From Paraspadella gotoi (lineage: Eukaryota > Animalia > Chaetognatha), in assembly GCA_051294375.1 (NCBI GenBank), contig CM119270.1:5092152-5156151 (forward strand): a stretch of DNA of 64,000 nucleotides, read 5' to 3'. Shown here piece by piece: positions 50,830-64,000 of this stretch (position 1 is the first letter of the stretch; each line of letters begins with the position of its first letter). The translations under genes and the position numbers were made by a program. The notes below the pieces were generated by a model, which saw only the letters and a list, made by a program, of their open reading frames with translations, was not told the DNA's origin and did no database searches.

Positions 50830-53800
50830 TCCCCTGTCTCCCACTTACTATCTCTCGCCACTATCTTGATTAGCATGCCGGGTGGGGCTCTTCTATTGGA
50901 CCACCTGAGTCGTATGTGCCCCCATTTTAAATAATAGCCGACGTTTATTGATCGTAATCGATGCGAGTTTTAAGATATTTGATACAGATAACGATAACAG
51001 ATACGGTCTCTGTTTAAGATGATAAAGAGAACATGATAATAAAGATGAAGGGTGTAAAGAAGAGACCGTCGAGAGAGGGTACAAAGAAGAGAGACAAAGA
51101 AGCGCAAGAAAGTCGCGCAAATGATGTCCAATGCGGGGTATCTAACATATATCTTCGCTCGTTTTATGAAATTTCAGTACTTTCAAGTCGTGCTTACTCA
51201 TAAAATGAATAGCGGATGAGCATAGCTTCTAAATACAAAAAAAATTCGTTTGCCTACGGGTGACTCTTTTTTCATTTCTTCCTCCTCTCTCTCTCTCTTC
51301 TCGTCGTGCGTCGGATGAAATATCTGCTAGCGTCATCGTGCTGTGCATGTGACTCGTGCTACGAGAGAGTACTCCGTGCGATAGAGATGAGAGTATGAGA
51401 AGCAGGCGCGGACTTGACGGTTCCTCCCATTCATACAACGTGCCCTTGTATCAACTTTAGTGTGATGCAGTGATATTTCCGCGTTCTCACACACCAAACT
51501 CATTATAGTATTGAGAGATTTCTGCCTCTGTGTTAGAGGTTTCTCTATATCTGTGTTACAAGAGAGTAGGAATTGAGTTATAATACGAATATCAAGACGA
51601 ACAACAGAGAACGAAACTCATGAAATAGGTTGATCTGGACGAGAAAATTGTGTCAATAGAGATGGGAGATTAAATGATTAGTGACACTGAGATTTAAGGC
51701 TGTCGATCGCGCTGTGGACAATATTTAAGTAATTAGTAATAACAAAATGATAGTAACACGCCGCATAGCATTAAGAAACTACACTCAGATACTCAGAGAC
51801 ATCAAGACGAACAGACGCGGAACGGGAAGCGCGGACGAGCGTATGCGCACGACGCAGACAGAATCGGCACTAAACTTACGAATGAGGACTCTGATACGCG
51901 AACAACAACAAATAGAGCGTCAAGAAGATCTAGCATGGTGTACGACCACGTAGGAACACAGTGACTGAATATGACAGAAGTATTGACAGCCTAGTCATCG
52001 TGATTACTCCGAAGACACTATTGATGAAAAACGAAAAACAATCATACTCAAAATTGAATGCGATAAAAGTCCGCGCGAGGAACAAGCAATAGAAAGTCCG
52101 CTCGTATAGAGCTATTACGATAACAAAGCTCAACAAAAATTCTCGGAATTAGAAAGAAGAGCGAGAGGAGAGACAAGGGAGAAAGAAAGGAAAGAAAAAA
52201 GGATGTGTAAAAAATTAGATTCTCTCTCAATCAGAGTCGCGCAGCAGAGAAAGAGAATCCGGGAATGAAAAAAAGGCGCGGTTCCTGTTCCAACGCGGAG
52301 TTGGCAAAAAGGCTCTGAAACCCGGGCACTTGGTTTCGCTGGTGGGACGACGAGAGAGTTAGACAAGCCTCTCTCCGCTCTCAGATGTGGTCTGAGAACT
52401 TGTGCAGAGAGGGAGGGTCCCTTCGTGGAGAATGGACGGAAGCTGCATATTTATGTCTCTATGCCCTGGAGCGCTTTTTAGGGACTCGCTGAGCTGAACT
52501 ATTTTTTTTGGACTTATGGTGTAGATAAAAGATTGGGTTTCGAGATAATTATGAGACATGAAAATTTTATTAATGTCGCCGGGATTGTTAATATTATTTC
52601 TCATAACGTTAAAGCATCAACAGGTATCTTTAAAATTAAAAACGAGCTATATGAACATAGAGAACAGAAGAAAGTGAGATAAATATGACCGTGAAGACGA
52701 AGAAACATGGAATGTGAAATTAGTAAAGATAAAGAAAGAAAGATAAATGTATTAGAGACACAGACCGTTAGTAATATAATGACTGATAATCCATTAGTAA
52801 TATATTCGAGAGTGAGAAGAACAGGAAAGAAAGGAAAGATAAGACAGCAAAGCATCTGAAGAATTTAAGGATAGATTTATATATGGATATATGTAGATTG
52901 AGTCAGTTGATTGATGAATATTTTTCCCAAGTTAGATAATGAGTGTATTGGTCATATAGTTAAGTCATAAATCGAATCTACGATTTCAGTGTGGATCGAG
53001 CTTCATACTCGCTCACACAGATAATACAGAAGAAGAAATAAAAAATGCCACATCGCGCGAAAGATAATACGATTGGATATAGAAGGAAAATACTAATAAG
53101 AGATAGTAAAATTAGGAAAGAGTGAGAATCTTGGAATGGAAAATCTGGTGCGAGAGAGTACAGTTAAAATCACAATTCTGTGTAGGACAAGATATGTAGA
53201 AATATTAATATTAATAAGTATCCATGACGAAATGAAGGACAGAGTGAATCGAATATGGTGTAAAGATTTCTCAAACAAATAACGAATCCGCTTTATAGTG
53301 ACTCGTGAAATGTAAGTGTACCCACCCGCTTCTGTAACATTACAAATCCAAAAAAGGTTGTCATAATTCGTGTTGATCGCGCGTGAATCGTATAGATAAT
53401 AGATCGGAATTCAGTGTTTTGGTTTATTTAGGATTTAAAATCAAGACACTAGCAGTATATAGTCGCGCTAGCGCGCAAGAGAATAATTTTTACAGTGAGT
53501 TTTTTATGGAGGTGACGTTCAGTTTTGGTACAAGAGCTAAGAAGATTATTCTGTTTACGAGAAACATCGCACTCCTTTACGCACGAGGAATTTTTATAGA
53601 CCACACACGAGCATTCCGCGAGAGAACAGAGAGTGATCCTTCTCTCTTTCTACTAATCTACTTTCGTCTCTGCGTCTCTCTCTCATTTCTTCTCTCCTCT
53701 CTTTCTCTTTTATCTCTCTCCCCTACTTCGCCTTACTCTCTTCCACTCCTCCTTACTTTTTCTCTCTCTTTCTCCTCTGCTTACCTCTCTTCTCTCTCTA

Positions 53801-55120
53801 TACACGTTTCTTGCTCTGTCTGGCTTCCTTAATTCCTCTCACATTACCTTTTTTTTTTGCCATCATATCCTGCCTAACGATCACATCATCGACTCTCCCC
53901 TATTCTCGTCTCCAGCTCCAAGACGCCAACCGAGATCAGAGTGGCGATTAGCGTGGACATATGCCTAGGATGTATCATCAAGCACCGCGCGAGCAGCTCG
54001 CGCTTCAGTGCTCTGAAAGACAAGATGCTGAAAAGCCATCTATGCCATTCTCGTACGCCTCCTGACCGCAGTAACAAGAGCTGCATTCAAACATCATAAA
54101 GGAGACCGACTTACCATAACCACGGCACTAGATCAAAGGGGAATAACAAAAGAGAACACGGTCGTACGTAGACAGGATTTCCTCCGGCCGACGCTACGAG
54201 GTACGAGAACCGCCTTAGCGGACAGGTCTGACAAACACAGCTTTCGATATACTTTTCTTCCATTATTAGTCCTTTTAATACAAGAGACCTACGATATTCT
54301 CTATGTCCTATCTCAACATAGCAATTGTAGAGTTTTATAATTTGTATGTTTTTCGTTATATGTTGTCAAATTTTCAGAAAGTTCAGCCAAATATGAAAAG
54401 TTACGCCTGCGCAGTGCTTACAAAGAAATGTACTTGCTAAAGTCACCAATTATTCTCTATATAGATAATTTCTTGGTATTCGTGTCTTCAATTTCTGTGT
54501 TTATGTTCGTCTCTCTTGTGCTCTTTCTCCTCTTGCTTTATAATCTAGCAAATTGTGAAGCACATATTCCCATGTGTTACTTCTAGATCTTATTAAACAG
54601 AGAAAAGGTATAGGAGCCAAGCATGAAACCTTTCGAGGGTGTCAATTCGAATCCCTTCGTTGAAGAGAGCATACTCGCAAATGCATACATTGCTGATGGC
54701 GCTCCTCTTTCGCCCCAGAGACTTATTCAGCGTGAAGTCCCCTACTCACTCTTTCTTCCCTTTCACGTCGCACAGACATAAAGTTTTGTCTGTTCCTATT
54801 TATCAATTTTTCTTAACCTTTACTCTCTTTGTCAAAGGAGCTTCATACATATAAATATATCTCACAAACCTCGCGTGTAATAATCAAAGTGTGCATTTTC
54901 ACCGACACCAACTAGCACACGAACACAGCAGCACTGACGAACAACTCTATCCACTAACACATCGATCTATATCAAACTCCATCTCTCACCACAAAAAAAA
55001 AACATTTTATTTAAAACGTCTATTGGCTCTCAGGGTGGAAAGAGCCACAGAAGCCCAAACCTCAAAGAGTGAAGTGGACGAGACGCAGAGAAAGGAGAGA
55101 AACGAACGTGAGTCTCCGAC

Positions 55121-55158
<38 letters not shown>

Positions 55159-58100
55159 GAGACACGCCAGAGGGCCCTCTGAGATGGTCCCAAGAAGACA
55201 ATACTCAGCGAATTTTTTCGTCGTGCGGGCAAATATTATAAATTTCCATGGCCCAAATTAGGTTCTCTTTCCATGGCGTGAGATTTGAATATATATATTT
55301 ATTAATTTCTCCATCTCTAAATTGCAAAGCGCACGTTAGAAAAAGATTTTATATCTCTGGTGGAGGCTGTTCTCTCTGTTAATAAAAAAAAAAATTAAAA
55401 ACGATAGACAATGGTGAAGGATTACTGCGCTGATAGGACGTCAGATAACCTTATAGATTTAAGCCGAAAGTGACAATGGTCTACGCGCTCCGGTCTCTGT
55501 AGGGACCATTTAATTTGTACGAAAAAAGTGTGACCTCTTTTAGAATTGAGTTATGTATAGACAGATACGAAAAAATCACTTTCCTATTCTTTCGGTCGCC
55601 AATATAATTAGTTATCATTAAAAAACGCTCAGAGCAAGATAGAGAAATCATAGTGATATTAAGTTCCGGATACTTATTCGGACTGACTAAAAAATATATT
55701 TTATACTGATTTCTTAGTGTGTACATATTTATATACTAGAGAGTCATATAATGCACCTTTAGCTTTTATTTCATCTATATAACAATATATCAAATCAGTT
55801 ATTATTGTCAGAGGTGCCTAAGCTACTACTCGCTAATGTCAGTTCTATACAAGATGGAATGTATTGAGACATACCTCTTGCCAACGACACGATACAGACG
55901 CGCGCGCCGACGATACATCACGCCAAAATTTGAAAAAACCAACTAAACACGACAAGTCGCTCTGTATAGGCAGAGTGCAGAACAGAAAAATGTTTGGCTT
56001 TGGCCATTTGGAAGCGCGAACGCAAATCTCCGGACCGGATATGAATATTGTGAAGCGAAATATACGGCTCATCGTCAAACCGCTATCGCATCTCTCTCAT
56101 AATCCTTGCTCTGTGCGCACAACCTAGTCAGTCATCACTTCCTAGCTCACCTACTCGGTAGCACACTCCACTGTATTTGCACCACTCTTTCTCCCCCCCA
56201 CCCCCTCGTCCGGCACTAAAACGTAAACGGGTAGATGAGACCTACAACTCCATACGCTCCGGCTCGACTCGAACTGTGCGCATCGACAAGTCTCGCTCCT
56301 TTCGCACACGCATGTAACGTAACTCACCCGTGGCGATCAGCCAACCTTCCATTTGTGCGTTCTCCTCCCTCCCTCCAAAAAGACATTTAGGTCTCGTGGG
56401 TGGATGTCGACATCAGCACGACGACCGACGCAGAACGGACGACGCGACGCACTCAGGGCGACGACGGACGCTGCGCCTGAGTTGTTACTATGGCTCCACG
56501 GAACGACCTCTCGGTTGTGATGATCGTAGCACGGATTGCTCGTAACTGATCTCGTCGACATTAGTGAGTCCAGGGATATAGGGCACAGTACTCGCAGAAA
56601 GAGAGGAGAATATTGATATATCACCTTCTTATAATATAGGTAGGATATCAACAAAACAAATTCTTGTGTGTGGTGCGTACATTTTCGTTTCTATATAATC
56701 TCTCATCTCTCTCTTTTTTTCTTCTTCTCTTCTTCTTTCTTCTTGTCTCCTGACTCTCTCAGAATCTCGTCGTGTCTCTTGTTCGCATCACTTCGTGCGA
56801 TCTCTCTTATCTGTCTTCACTTCTCTCTCCTGCTATGACTACCTCCTTCTTACACTTTCATTCATATACTGCAGTGTACATACAAATCTCACATCTCTAT
56901 CTATTCACTTTAATCTCGTATGGTCGTTTTTCACTGTGTATGGTATACTCCGCGTTCGGTTCATTATGTGAAGAACTAGCATCGAATTAACATTTAATAA
57001 AATGACCTTTTCTCTTAAGTAGTGTTGACTAAGGCTACTACCTCGCATCTCTCGTCACACGATCGACTATTCTACACCGGAGAGCAGCAGAAAATCAATT
57101 TTTTCCGCCCTCGCAGACTCGAGGCCATAAAAAGGAGTCAGAGCATGTGAAAGGTCGAAAATATTGCGGATTTTCACATGGTGGATATACATTAATGATC
57201 ACAGTTTTGTTATAGGAGTGTAATCAGTGAGTCCTTCAAAGATGGTACGTGGCTAAATAGAATATAGTAGTAATCACGATGTGTTCTGGCTGCAGGAGGG
57301 CGGAAGGGATTAATAATATGATTGATATGAACGGAGTATACTTAATGGGAGAGCTCCAATATAAGGACTAGTCGAGTGTAAAAATTATAGATATGTTTAT
57401 AATGGTCTCGGTCCGAAGTCCCAACGCAGCGAAGTTGATCCACCAAACCCGTGCACCCTCATCACGCTGGCATCACCGCCTGATTTCAATATACCTCAGC
57501 GACGCTCTCAAGCTCTTCACCAGCGTGTACCCTTATATAATGTTCCGATACCACGATTTCACCTGTCATAATTGACTTTAAGGCACAGTGATACGAGCCG
57601 TTCGCTCGAGAGTGTATTTTCTGATTATTTGGATACTACGTGCTTTCGGGTATTGTCACTAAAGCAATCGTCTCGTGGCTCACCCATTCCGACCAGGTCA
57701 ATACCAATAGCCTGCAACAAAGTCAGCCGTCGAGTGAGAGCACGCAGGTGTGATTTTCTCCGGCGACATTTTCTAACCAACCACTCGTGGGCCTTCCCAT
57801 TGAGCTTTTAGCCTTCTTCACTGTTCCGTTACTTAACTTATTGTCTGTATCGCCACTCGCATTGTCACGCGCACAAGAAGACCGTGTATTCTCCACCCTT
57901 TTCCTTCTATCCTTTTTCTATCTTTCCTGTGATGCATAATCCGTTTCAGCGCACCCATCTATCACTTCCTGCCACCCTCCCTTCAAACCTTCGCCACGTA
58001 TTTGCTTTCCCGCACCGAACAAGTGATTGATCGGGCCTTGAGTGCGACCTGTATTGATCTTACACGAGAGTATCTTGGCAGGCCTCTCGCGCAGACTCCC

Positions 58101-60180
58101 GCGTCAAGCGATTCGAGCAATTGCAACTGATTCCCGGCCAGATGACCACGGTGCGACCCTTGGTCTCTCTGGCATCCTCTCCACTCCTCTACTTCGCTGC
58201 TCATGGAATGCTCGCTCTCTATATTTCTTTCTTCTTCTTTCCCTCTCTCGCATTCCCTCGCATCTCCCTCGCCATTACTCATTTCTGTTGCCCCTGTCTG
58301 AGGTCGTACAGCCGCAAGCAATAAAAAACTACATCCAAGCACTGATGGCCATGCCTGAAAAACACACTACTCGTACTGGATGACCCCGCGGCGAACGACG
58401 ACGGATCGACGAACGACTACCTCGAGCGCGCAGACGCGATCTCCTTGCCTACCGCTGGGCCTAGCTAGACCGGAACCGAAGAGACAAACAAAATAACAAA
58501 GACGAGCCTTTATTTACAGGAACGAAAGTTATACCGGCCATTCACTTCGAAGGCGCAAGTTTTTGTTTCTGCGTCTCTATGAGAAAGATGAGTGCGATGT
58601 TACAATCAAAAGTTTGTCTATTGTTTGATTTTTGTATGCAATTGCTCCGCACAGAGTGTAAGAAAAACGAGAAGAGGATAGTATTACAAAACATACAAAT
58701 CCACGATAATCCAACTCCACTCCCACAAGCCCTAAAAAGAGAAGACACCTGCGAGAACGAGCCGCCTTGAACGCGTTCCGAGCTGCCAATGGGATGAAGA
58801 GCCCGTTGTTGGCGAACCAAAACCGGATGCAGCAGGCGGGGGTCCTGCTCCGCACGATGGAGAGCGGGAGCTTCCGGATGACCAAGGGGACTCGACGAGG
58901 GCGCCGCCCGGTGCCACGGGCGCCAGGCGCCGTGACTGAAACGGCGGACGAGAGTGATTATTGTCGGGAGCGGGACGGAGCGGAGTTGAGCAATAGCAGA
59001 ATGGCGGGAGAACACGTTGCGTATGAGAAGATGTTGTGAGGGGGCGTGGAGGCGTGGAGGATTCTCTCTTTGGGGGCAGTCGCGAGGCTGAGCGGTCATT
59101 GATACTCACCTTGCGATGGTGGGAGGGGAATATTAAATTGTGATTAGAGAAACTGAGTTTTGCTATATTTGTTTTTAAATCAATTGATCAGACGGACAAT
59201 TAAGTGTTAAATCAGATTTATATTCGAAGTTACTGTAGTGTTCGAGTGAAATATAATATTAGACCGCGAGGATTGATGATTTGCTTAAGGTTTACTTTAA
59301 CTCTCATAAGGTAGGAGGCATACTTCGTCAACATGATGTGTAGCGTACGTTAGCACGGGCACGAGTAACGGTGCGGAGCTGAATTCGTATACCAGTTTTC
59401 GTAGACAGAACCCTTGAAGTTCGACGTTTCGATTAAAGGGGCTGATTCGAAATCTAGTACGGATTCGAACTAATTTAATATAACATAATTACTTTTTTTT
59501 TTCGTTTCCTAGGATTTTCAGAAGTCTTTCTTTTTATGGGGGTGATCGATGGTCTAATTGAACTCTACGTCGTAGAATTTACGCACCAATGACAAGTGTT
59601 TAACAGACGTCTACGCCACTTGACGCGCCACAGAAATAAGAGATACCGATTGATCGCACGCACGAATGATATTTTTGGGAGACCCGAAAGTTCTTGATTT
59701 GGAAACCCGAGTCGCTTACGACGGATTGAGACCGACAAAGCCCCCTTCTATTCGACAACCATCTCTGACGCAAATAAAACCGCGAATGCTTCAACCACCT
59801 GAACAAGCGAACGGAGCCCATGATCGACGGTGGGTTGAGGCTGATGACTCGAGCGTGAGACGTGACGAGGTGTAGAGAGAGAGGGTGGTCAGCTTGCCCT
59901 GAGAGTGGAAGAAGCTGCGATATCGACCAGTAGGTTTTGAGGCTGTAGATTAGCCGCGAACGAAGAGAGACTTGGGAATGTAGAGGATCAGACGTCTATC
60001 TTTGACGTCTAGCGATCAGAGGCGAAGGATGTGTGAGGGTAGAGATCACTGATATGTGGAATTGATGGGATAGGTGAAGACCGTGTAGAGAATTCAGAGA
60101 CGAGTGGATTTATTATATCTTTCTCTCCCTGTGTAGCAGGCGATTGGCTGGTAGTCTTGGAGAATTTTACCAGTCTCTGA
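50830..60180. other. Low-accuracy sequence, probably uncorrected long-read fill; degraded copy of upstream sequence
   Basis: Scattered remnants in collinear order: ~54780-54850 resembles 39200-39275; ~58750-58820 resembles the reverse complement of 42630-42690; ~59480-59545 resembles 41690-41750. Microsatellites are broken up. Confidence 0.65.
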
Positions 60181-61060
60181 TAGATTCTTGGGTCTCTCTC
60201 TCTCTCTCTCAAAATCCGTTTTGAATAAAACAAACGTATTCTTTCTATCTTTCGAGCGAAACCAATAAAAAATAAATCTAATTATTCCTCCTACAAAAAA
60301 AGATATTTTTTTTGTCCAAACGTAAAAAAAGTTTCTGCGATTGGAATCGTAATTGTATTCAACGCAAAAACGTTAACTTAAGTGTAAGAATTTTATTAAT
60401 AAAATTTAAGAAAAAACAATCCAAGGAAATTCAATATACATTTAATAAAATACTAGTACTAGGTTACTAAGTTACTAAGTTACTAAGTAACTAAGGCAAA
60501 AAAAATAAAGAAAAAGAAAAGTAAAAAGTGTAAATTCTTGCGAAAAAAAATTCTAGTCAAGAGAAGAAAGGAGTTAAAACTGAAAGAAGAAAAGACAGAG
60601 AAATGACTACAGAAGCCTAAGAATAAAAGTAAAAAAAAGTTAAAAAATACGAAAAAGTGAATAATCAAACGAATGATACATATTAGCAATTACTCTAAGA
60701 GATAAAATATGAAAATATATTAAATATTTTGAGAAAAATAAAAAATCAATGTGAAAATTTGAAAACCTGTCTGTCCAATTATCTGTCAAAAAAAAAAAAC
60801 AACAAAAAACAATAAGTAAAAGTCAATAAAAGAATTCTACATTTTTTTCCCGTCCACGAGCAGGGCGGGAACAAGTTTTTTTTATGGATTTCAAACTAAT
60901 ATCTTTTAACATTCTTCAGCCCTTCAGGCGAGACATTAGTTTAAAATGTTTTTTATCAATAATTTTCACCTGCTCGAGATCGTTAAAAATGTTTGAAATG
61001 TTTTTATTTCGAAAAGGATGTTTGACATTCTTCCTCATAACACGCTTCGCCCTTCAATCT

Positions 61061-61126
<66 letters not shown>

Positions 61127-61259
61127 GAGAGAGACAAAGAGACAGACGAGGCGTTTTTTCTCCCGCCACTTTGTTACGGTCAATTAGACAGCGCCGCAAT
61201 CTACAAACCTTCTTGCTCCTACTCCATTGCCTATTGTTTCTAAATGTCCCTATCTCTCT

Positions 61260-61640
61260 CCTGCTTCTCACTTTTCTCCTCACTTTCCTCTTCACTTTTT
61301 CTTTTTCAACTTTTCTCCTCACATTCTTCCTCACTTTCCTACCACATTTTCTCCTCACTTTTCTCCTCTCACTTTCTCCTCATTTTCCTCCTCACTTTCC
61401 TTCCTACTTTCCTCCTCACTTTCCTCCTCATTTCCTCTCACTTTCCTCCTCACACTTTCCTCCTCACTTTCCTCCTCATTTTCCTCCTCACTTTCCTCTT
61501 ACTTTCCTTCTCACTTTCCCTCCTCACTTTTCCTCCTCACTTTCTCCTCACTTTCCTCTCATTCTCCACTTTCCCGCTTTCCTCTACTTTTCTCCGTCAT
61601 TTCCCTCCCTCGTCTTTCCACCCCTCACACTTTCCTCCTT
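61260..61640. repeat. 12-bp minisatellite (CTCACTTTCCTC)n
   Basis: Mirror of 32860-33320. Confidence 0.85.
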
Positions 61641-62865
61641 TCTTTTCATTTTTTGGCATCTAACCTTTTTTTGCGGATGAAAAAGAAAAAAACAACCGCA
61701 TCTTTGTTTCATGGTTGTTTCGAACGAAATGGAAATGAAAAAAACAAAACAAAAGGATTAAAGAGGGAAGAAAAAACGCACAAAGGANNNNNNNNNNNNN
61801 NNNNNNNNNNNNNNNNNNNNNNNNNNNNNNNNNNNNNNNNNNNNNNNNNNNNNNNNNNNNNNNNNNNNNNNNNNNNNNNNNNNNNNNNNNNNNNNNNNNN
61901 NNNNNNNNNNNNNNNNNNNNNNNNNNAGAGAGAGAGAGAGATTTTCAGTCCGGAACACAAAAAAAGTAGGGCGAGACGGTGAGAGTTAAGAGAGAGAGCG
62001 ATAAGGTAAGGTAAGAATCGTTGAAGGGTTAGTGAGTTTGATCGGCGATCGAAAGTTAGAGAAGAAAAGAGGATTGAGATTAAGTTCGTTATGTTTCCTT
62101 AGACTTGAACCTCGGCTTAGACAAGGACGTGGACTCCGACTTGGTCTTGGATCTTAGATCTTAGATCGGTTGAGTTTAAATAATCGTAATGACAGATTGT
62201 CAATTGTGAGAGAACATTAATGGGAATTATTAAAAAGTTCAGGGATAAATGATTAAATGCCGACTGATGAGGAAAAAATTAATTTAAAAGTTTGCAAACT
62301 TTCAACGAAGCAACAATCGGTTTGATTGAAAACTTAAGTTAAGCGAAACAATATTCACAATAATGAAAAAAAAAAACTGCCAGGAATTCCAAAAACTGTC
62401 TTGTATCGAGACATTTATTTCAACCGGTTATCTAGATTCTTACTCGAAAAAGAAAATACGTCGACAGAATTGTTAATACACTATCAAATTAAATCAATCA
62501 ATAAACGAATCAAGTCGATTAAAATGTTCGAGAATCTTTTCGTTTTTCGCGAATTCGACTCAAAACCGGTTGGACGTCAACCCTCCTCATTTTACGATAT
62601 TTTTTTCTTTTTTTTATTATCGCATTTTCTTTCGCCTTCCAAACAAAAGATTAAAAGACATTCTTAAACTCTCGTCATTATCCATTTGTCACACAATTTT
62701 ATCACCTTTGTTTTATCAGTTTCTTTTTATCACAAGATTTTCGCGCGCAAACAAGGCTCCAGTCACCCAGTTTTTTTTTTCCACTGTAAAGGAGACGCGT
62801 GTGATTGAGACAAGCTAAAGTATTACCAAAAATAAAAGTATAATATTTATTTATTACTGAAAATT

Positions 62866-62868
62866 AAT

Positions 62869-62948
<80 letters not shown>
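62866..62948. repeat. (TTTA)n microsatellite
   Basis: Direct reading; noisy mirror at ~30950-31020. Confidence 0.9.
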
Positions 62949-62949
<1 letters not shown>

Positions 62950-64000
62950 TCCCTTTATGACTGATTATTTTGTCTCAGTTTCCTCACTATTCATTAATGG
63001 CTTAATACAGTCATTCAATGATTCATTATTTAATTGATTGAACTCTACATAAATCAACATAATTACGATCCTTACAAAAATCTGATCTGCTCAGATTTAT
63101 ATACTTGAGACGAATTACGACATTTTTCCTTTCTAGTAAATCTCTCTAACTCCCCCCGGCCGCCCCGACGGCGACGATGGTTGTCGTTGAATGCTCTCGT
63201 TTGTGTCTTAGGACTCTTCGAATCTCGGATTGTCAGTACTCGTTTCGAGGTTTTATAGATTTATGTTATGGAACTATTATTATGTTTCGTTTCTTTGACC
63301 CTTCTAACGAATCGAACGCAAAGAACGTTCGCTCTCCGTCTGACAAATCGTCTCTTTCATTACGAATCCTCTTTTTTTTTATGTTTAGGCCGGCGCCATA
63401 CGACATGCGCGGGTTGTCGTTTTCAACACGCGTCGGTTAAGAGATTAAAGTACTGTCGGCTTGTCGGGTTTTATCCATTCAAATTTCAAACCGTCGCAAA
63501 AAAAGAAGAAGCCATCATAATATATTGATTCAAACAATAAAAGATTCTTTTGCCCTTCTTTCCGGCATTTTTTTTATTTACAGTAATTTCTTCTTAACTT
63601 TAGGTACAGTTATGTACCGCCAGGTGTGCAAATTTAGTTAAAAAGTGTAGTTAAAAAAAACTTGTGACATATGGATGTTCCGCGTCGTAAGCTGTTTGTT
63701 TACCGGCGTCGATTTGTTGACCGAAATTTATTAGAAAGTCGTAAAAACTTAATTGTAGGGAATCTTGTCTGCAGTTGTGGGTCTTGGTCTTATACCGTCT
63801 GCTGGTTTTTATTGCTAAAGAAATTCGCCTGGGTGGTTGTTTTCTCTTCAATTTGAGTCTCTATCCTAATTTTTTTTAAGTACTATGTTCTTTCCTTTTC
63901 CTTCCTTTCTTTCTGTTCTTTCTTTCCTTTCTTCGTCTTCTTTCTTTCTTTTCTTTTTTCTTTCTTTCTTTCTTTCCTTTCTTTTCTTTCTTTCTTTCTT

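Larger units (their letters stand above)
29800..64000. repeat. Multi-kb inverted (fold-back) duplication: 29.8-41.86 kb mirrored by 41.89-48.27 kb plus 60.19-64 kb, with an extra degraded pass at 48.38-59.6 kb
   Basis: Reverse-complement anchor pairs: 30380/63460 (gataaaacccgacaagccgac), 31455/62580, 33600/61030, 34495/60210, 34610/48250, 36500/46495, 37550/44980, 39130/43505, 40260/43265, 40820/42745. The segment 48380-50830 is a direct copy of ~34595-37170. Confidence 0.9.

Noticed and set aside
57983-59109. 119-185 aa ORFs in the GC-rich part of the noisy region
   Set aside because: They lie in low-accuracy duplicated sequence; frames disagree with the other copy at 42385-42725.

Overview
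Eukaryotic (probably animal) draft-assembly window, gene-poor and very microsatellite-rich, with 11 N-gaps. Two spliced genes can be rebuilt by hand from GT-AG sites and phase continuity. (1) A 2-exon plus-strand gene (5526-6364) encodes a 119-aa protein with a signal peptide, an 8-Cys domain and a GPI-anchor-type C-terminus. (2) A 7-exon minus-strand gene (14381-22372) encodes a ~2,125-aa secreted modular low-complexity protein. Its modules are a signal peptide, a CC-C-C micro-domain, several furin-type RXXR/RRRR sites, an E/R/Q helix with RRLA repeats, a duplicated Pro/Gln module, Asn-Ala-Gly and Met-Gly repeats, a Glu/Lys polyampholyte bracketed by DYYDD, an (AAKEAAPA)n array, and a C-terminal CVPDWGYMC loop. 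Cysteines occur only at the two ends. This looks like a precursor of a secreted biomaterial (adhesive, fibre or matrix) and is the best candidate for an undescribed system. From ~29.8 kb to the end, the window is one ~12-kb segment repeated in alternating orientation. Orientation flips or breaks at exact 25-N gaps and the copies are increasingly error-laden, so this is most likely a long-read gap-filling or chimera artefact. The segment carries a tRNA-Ala(AGC)-like gene facing a tRNA-derived SINE-like element. I could not assign the organism or homologues without searches.
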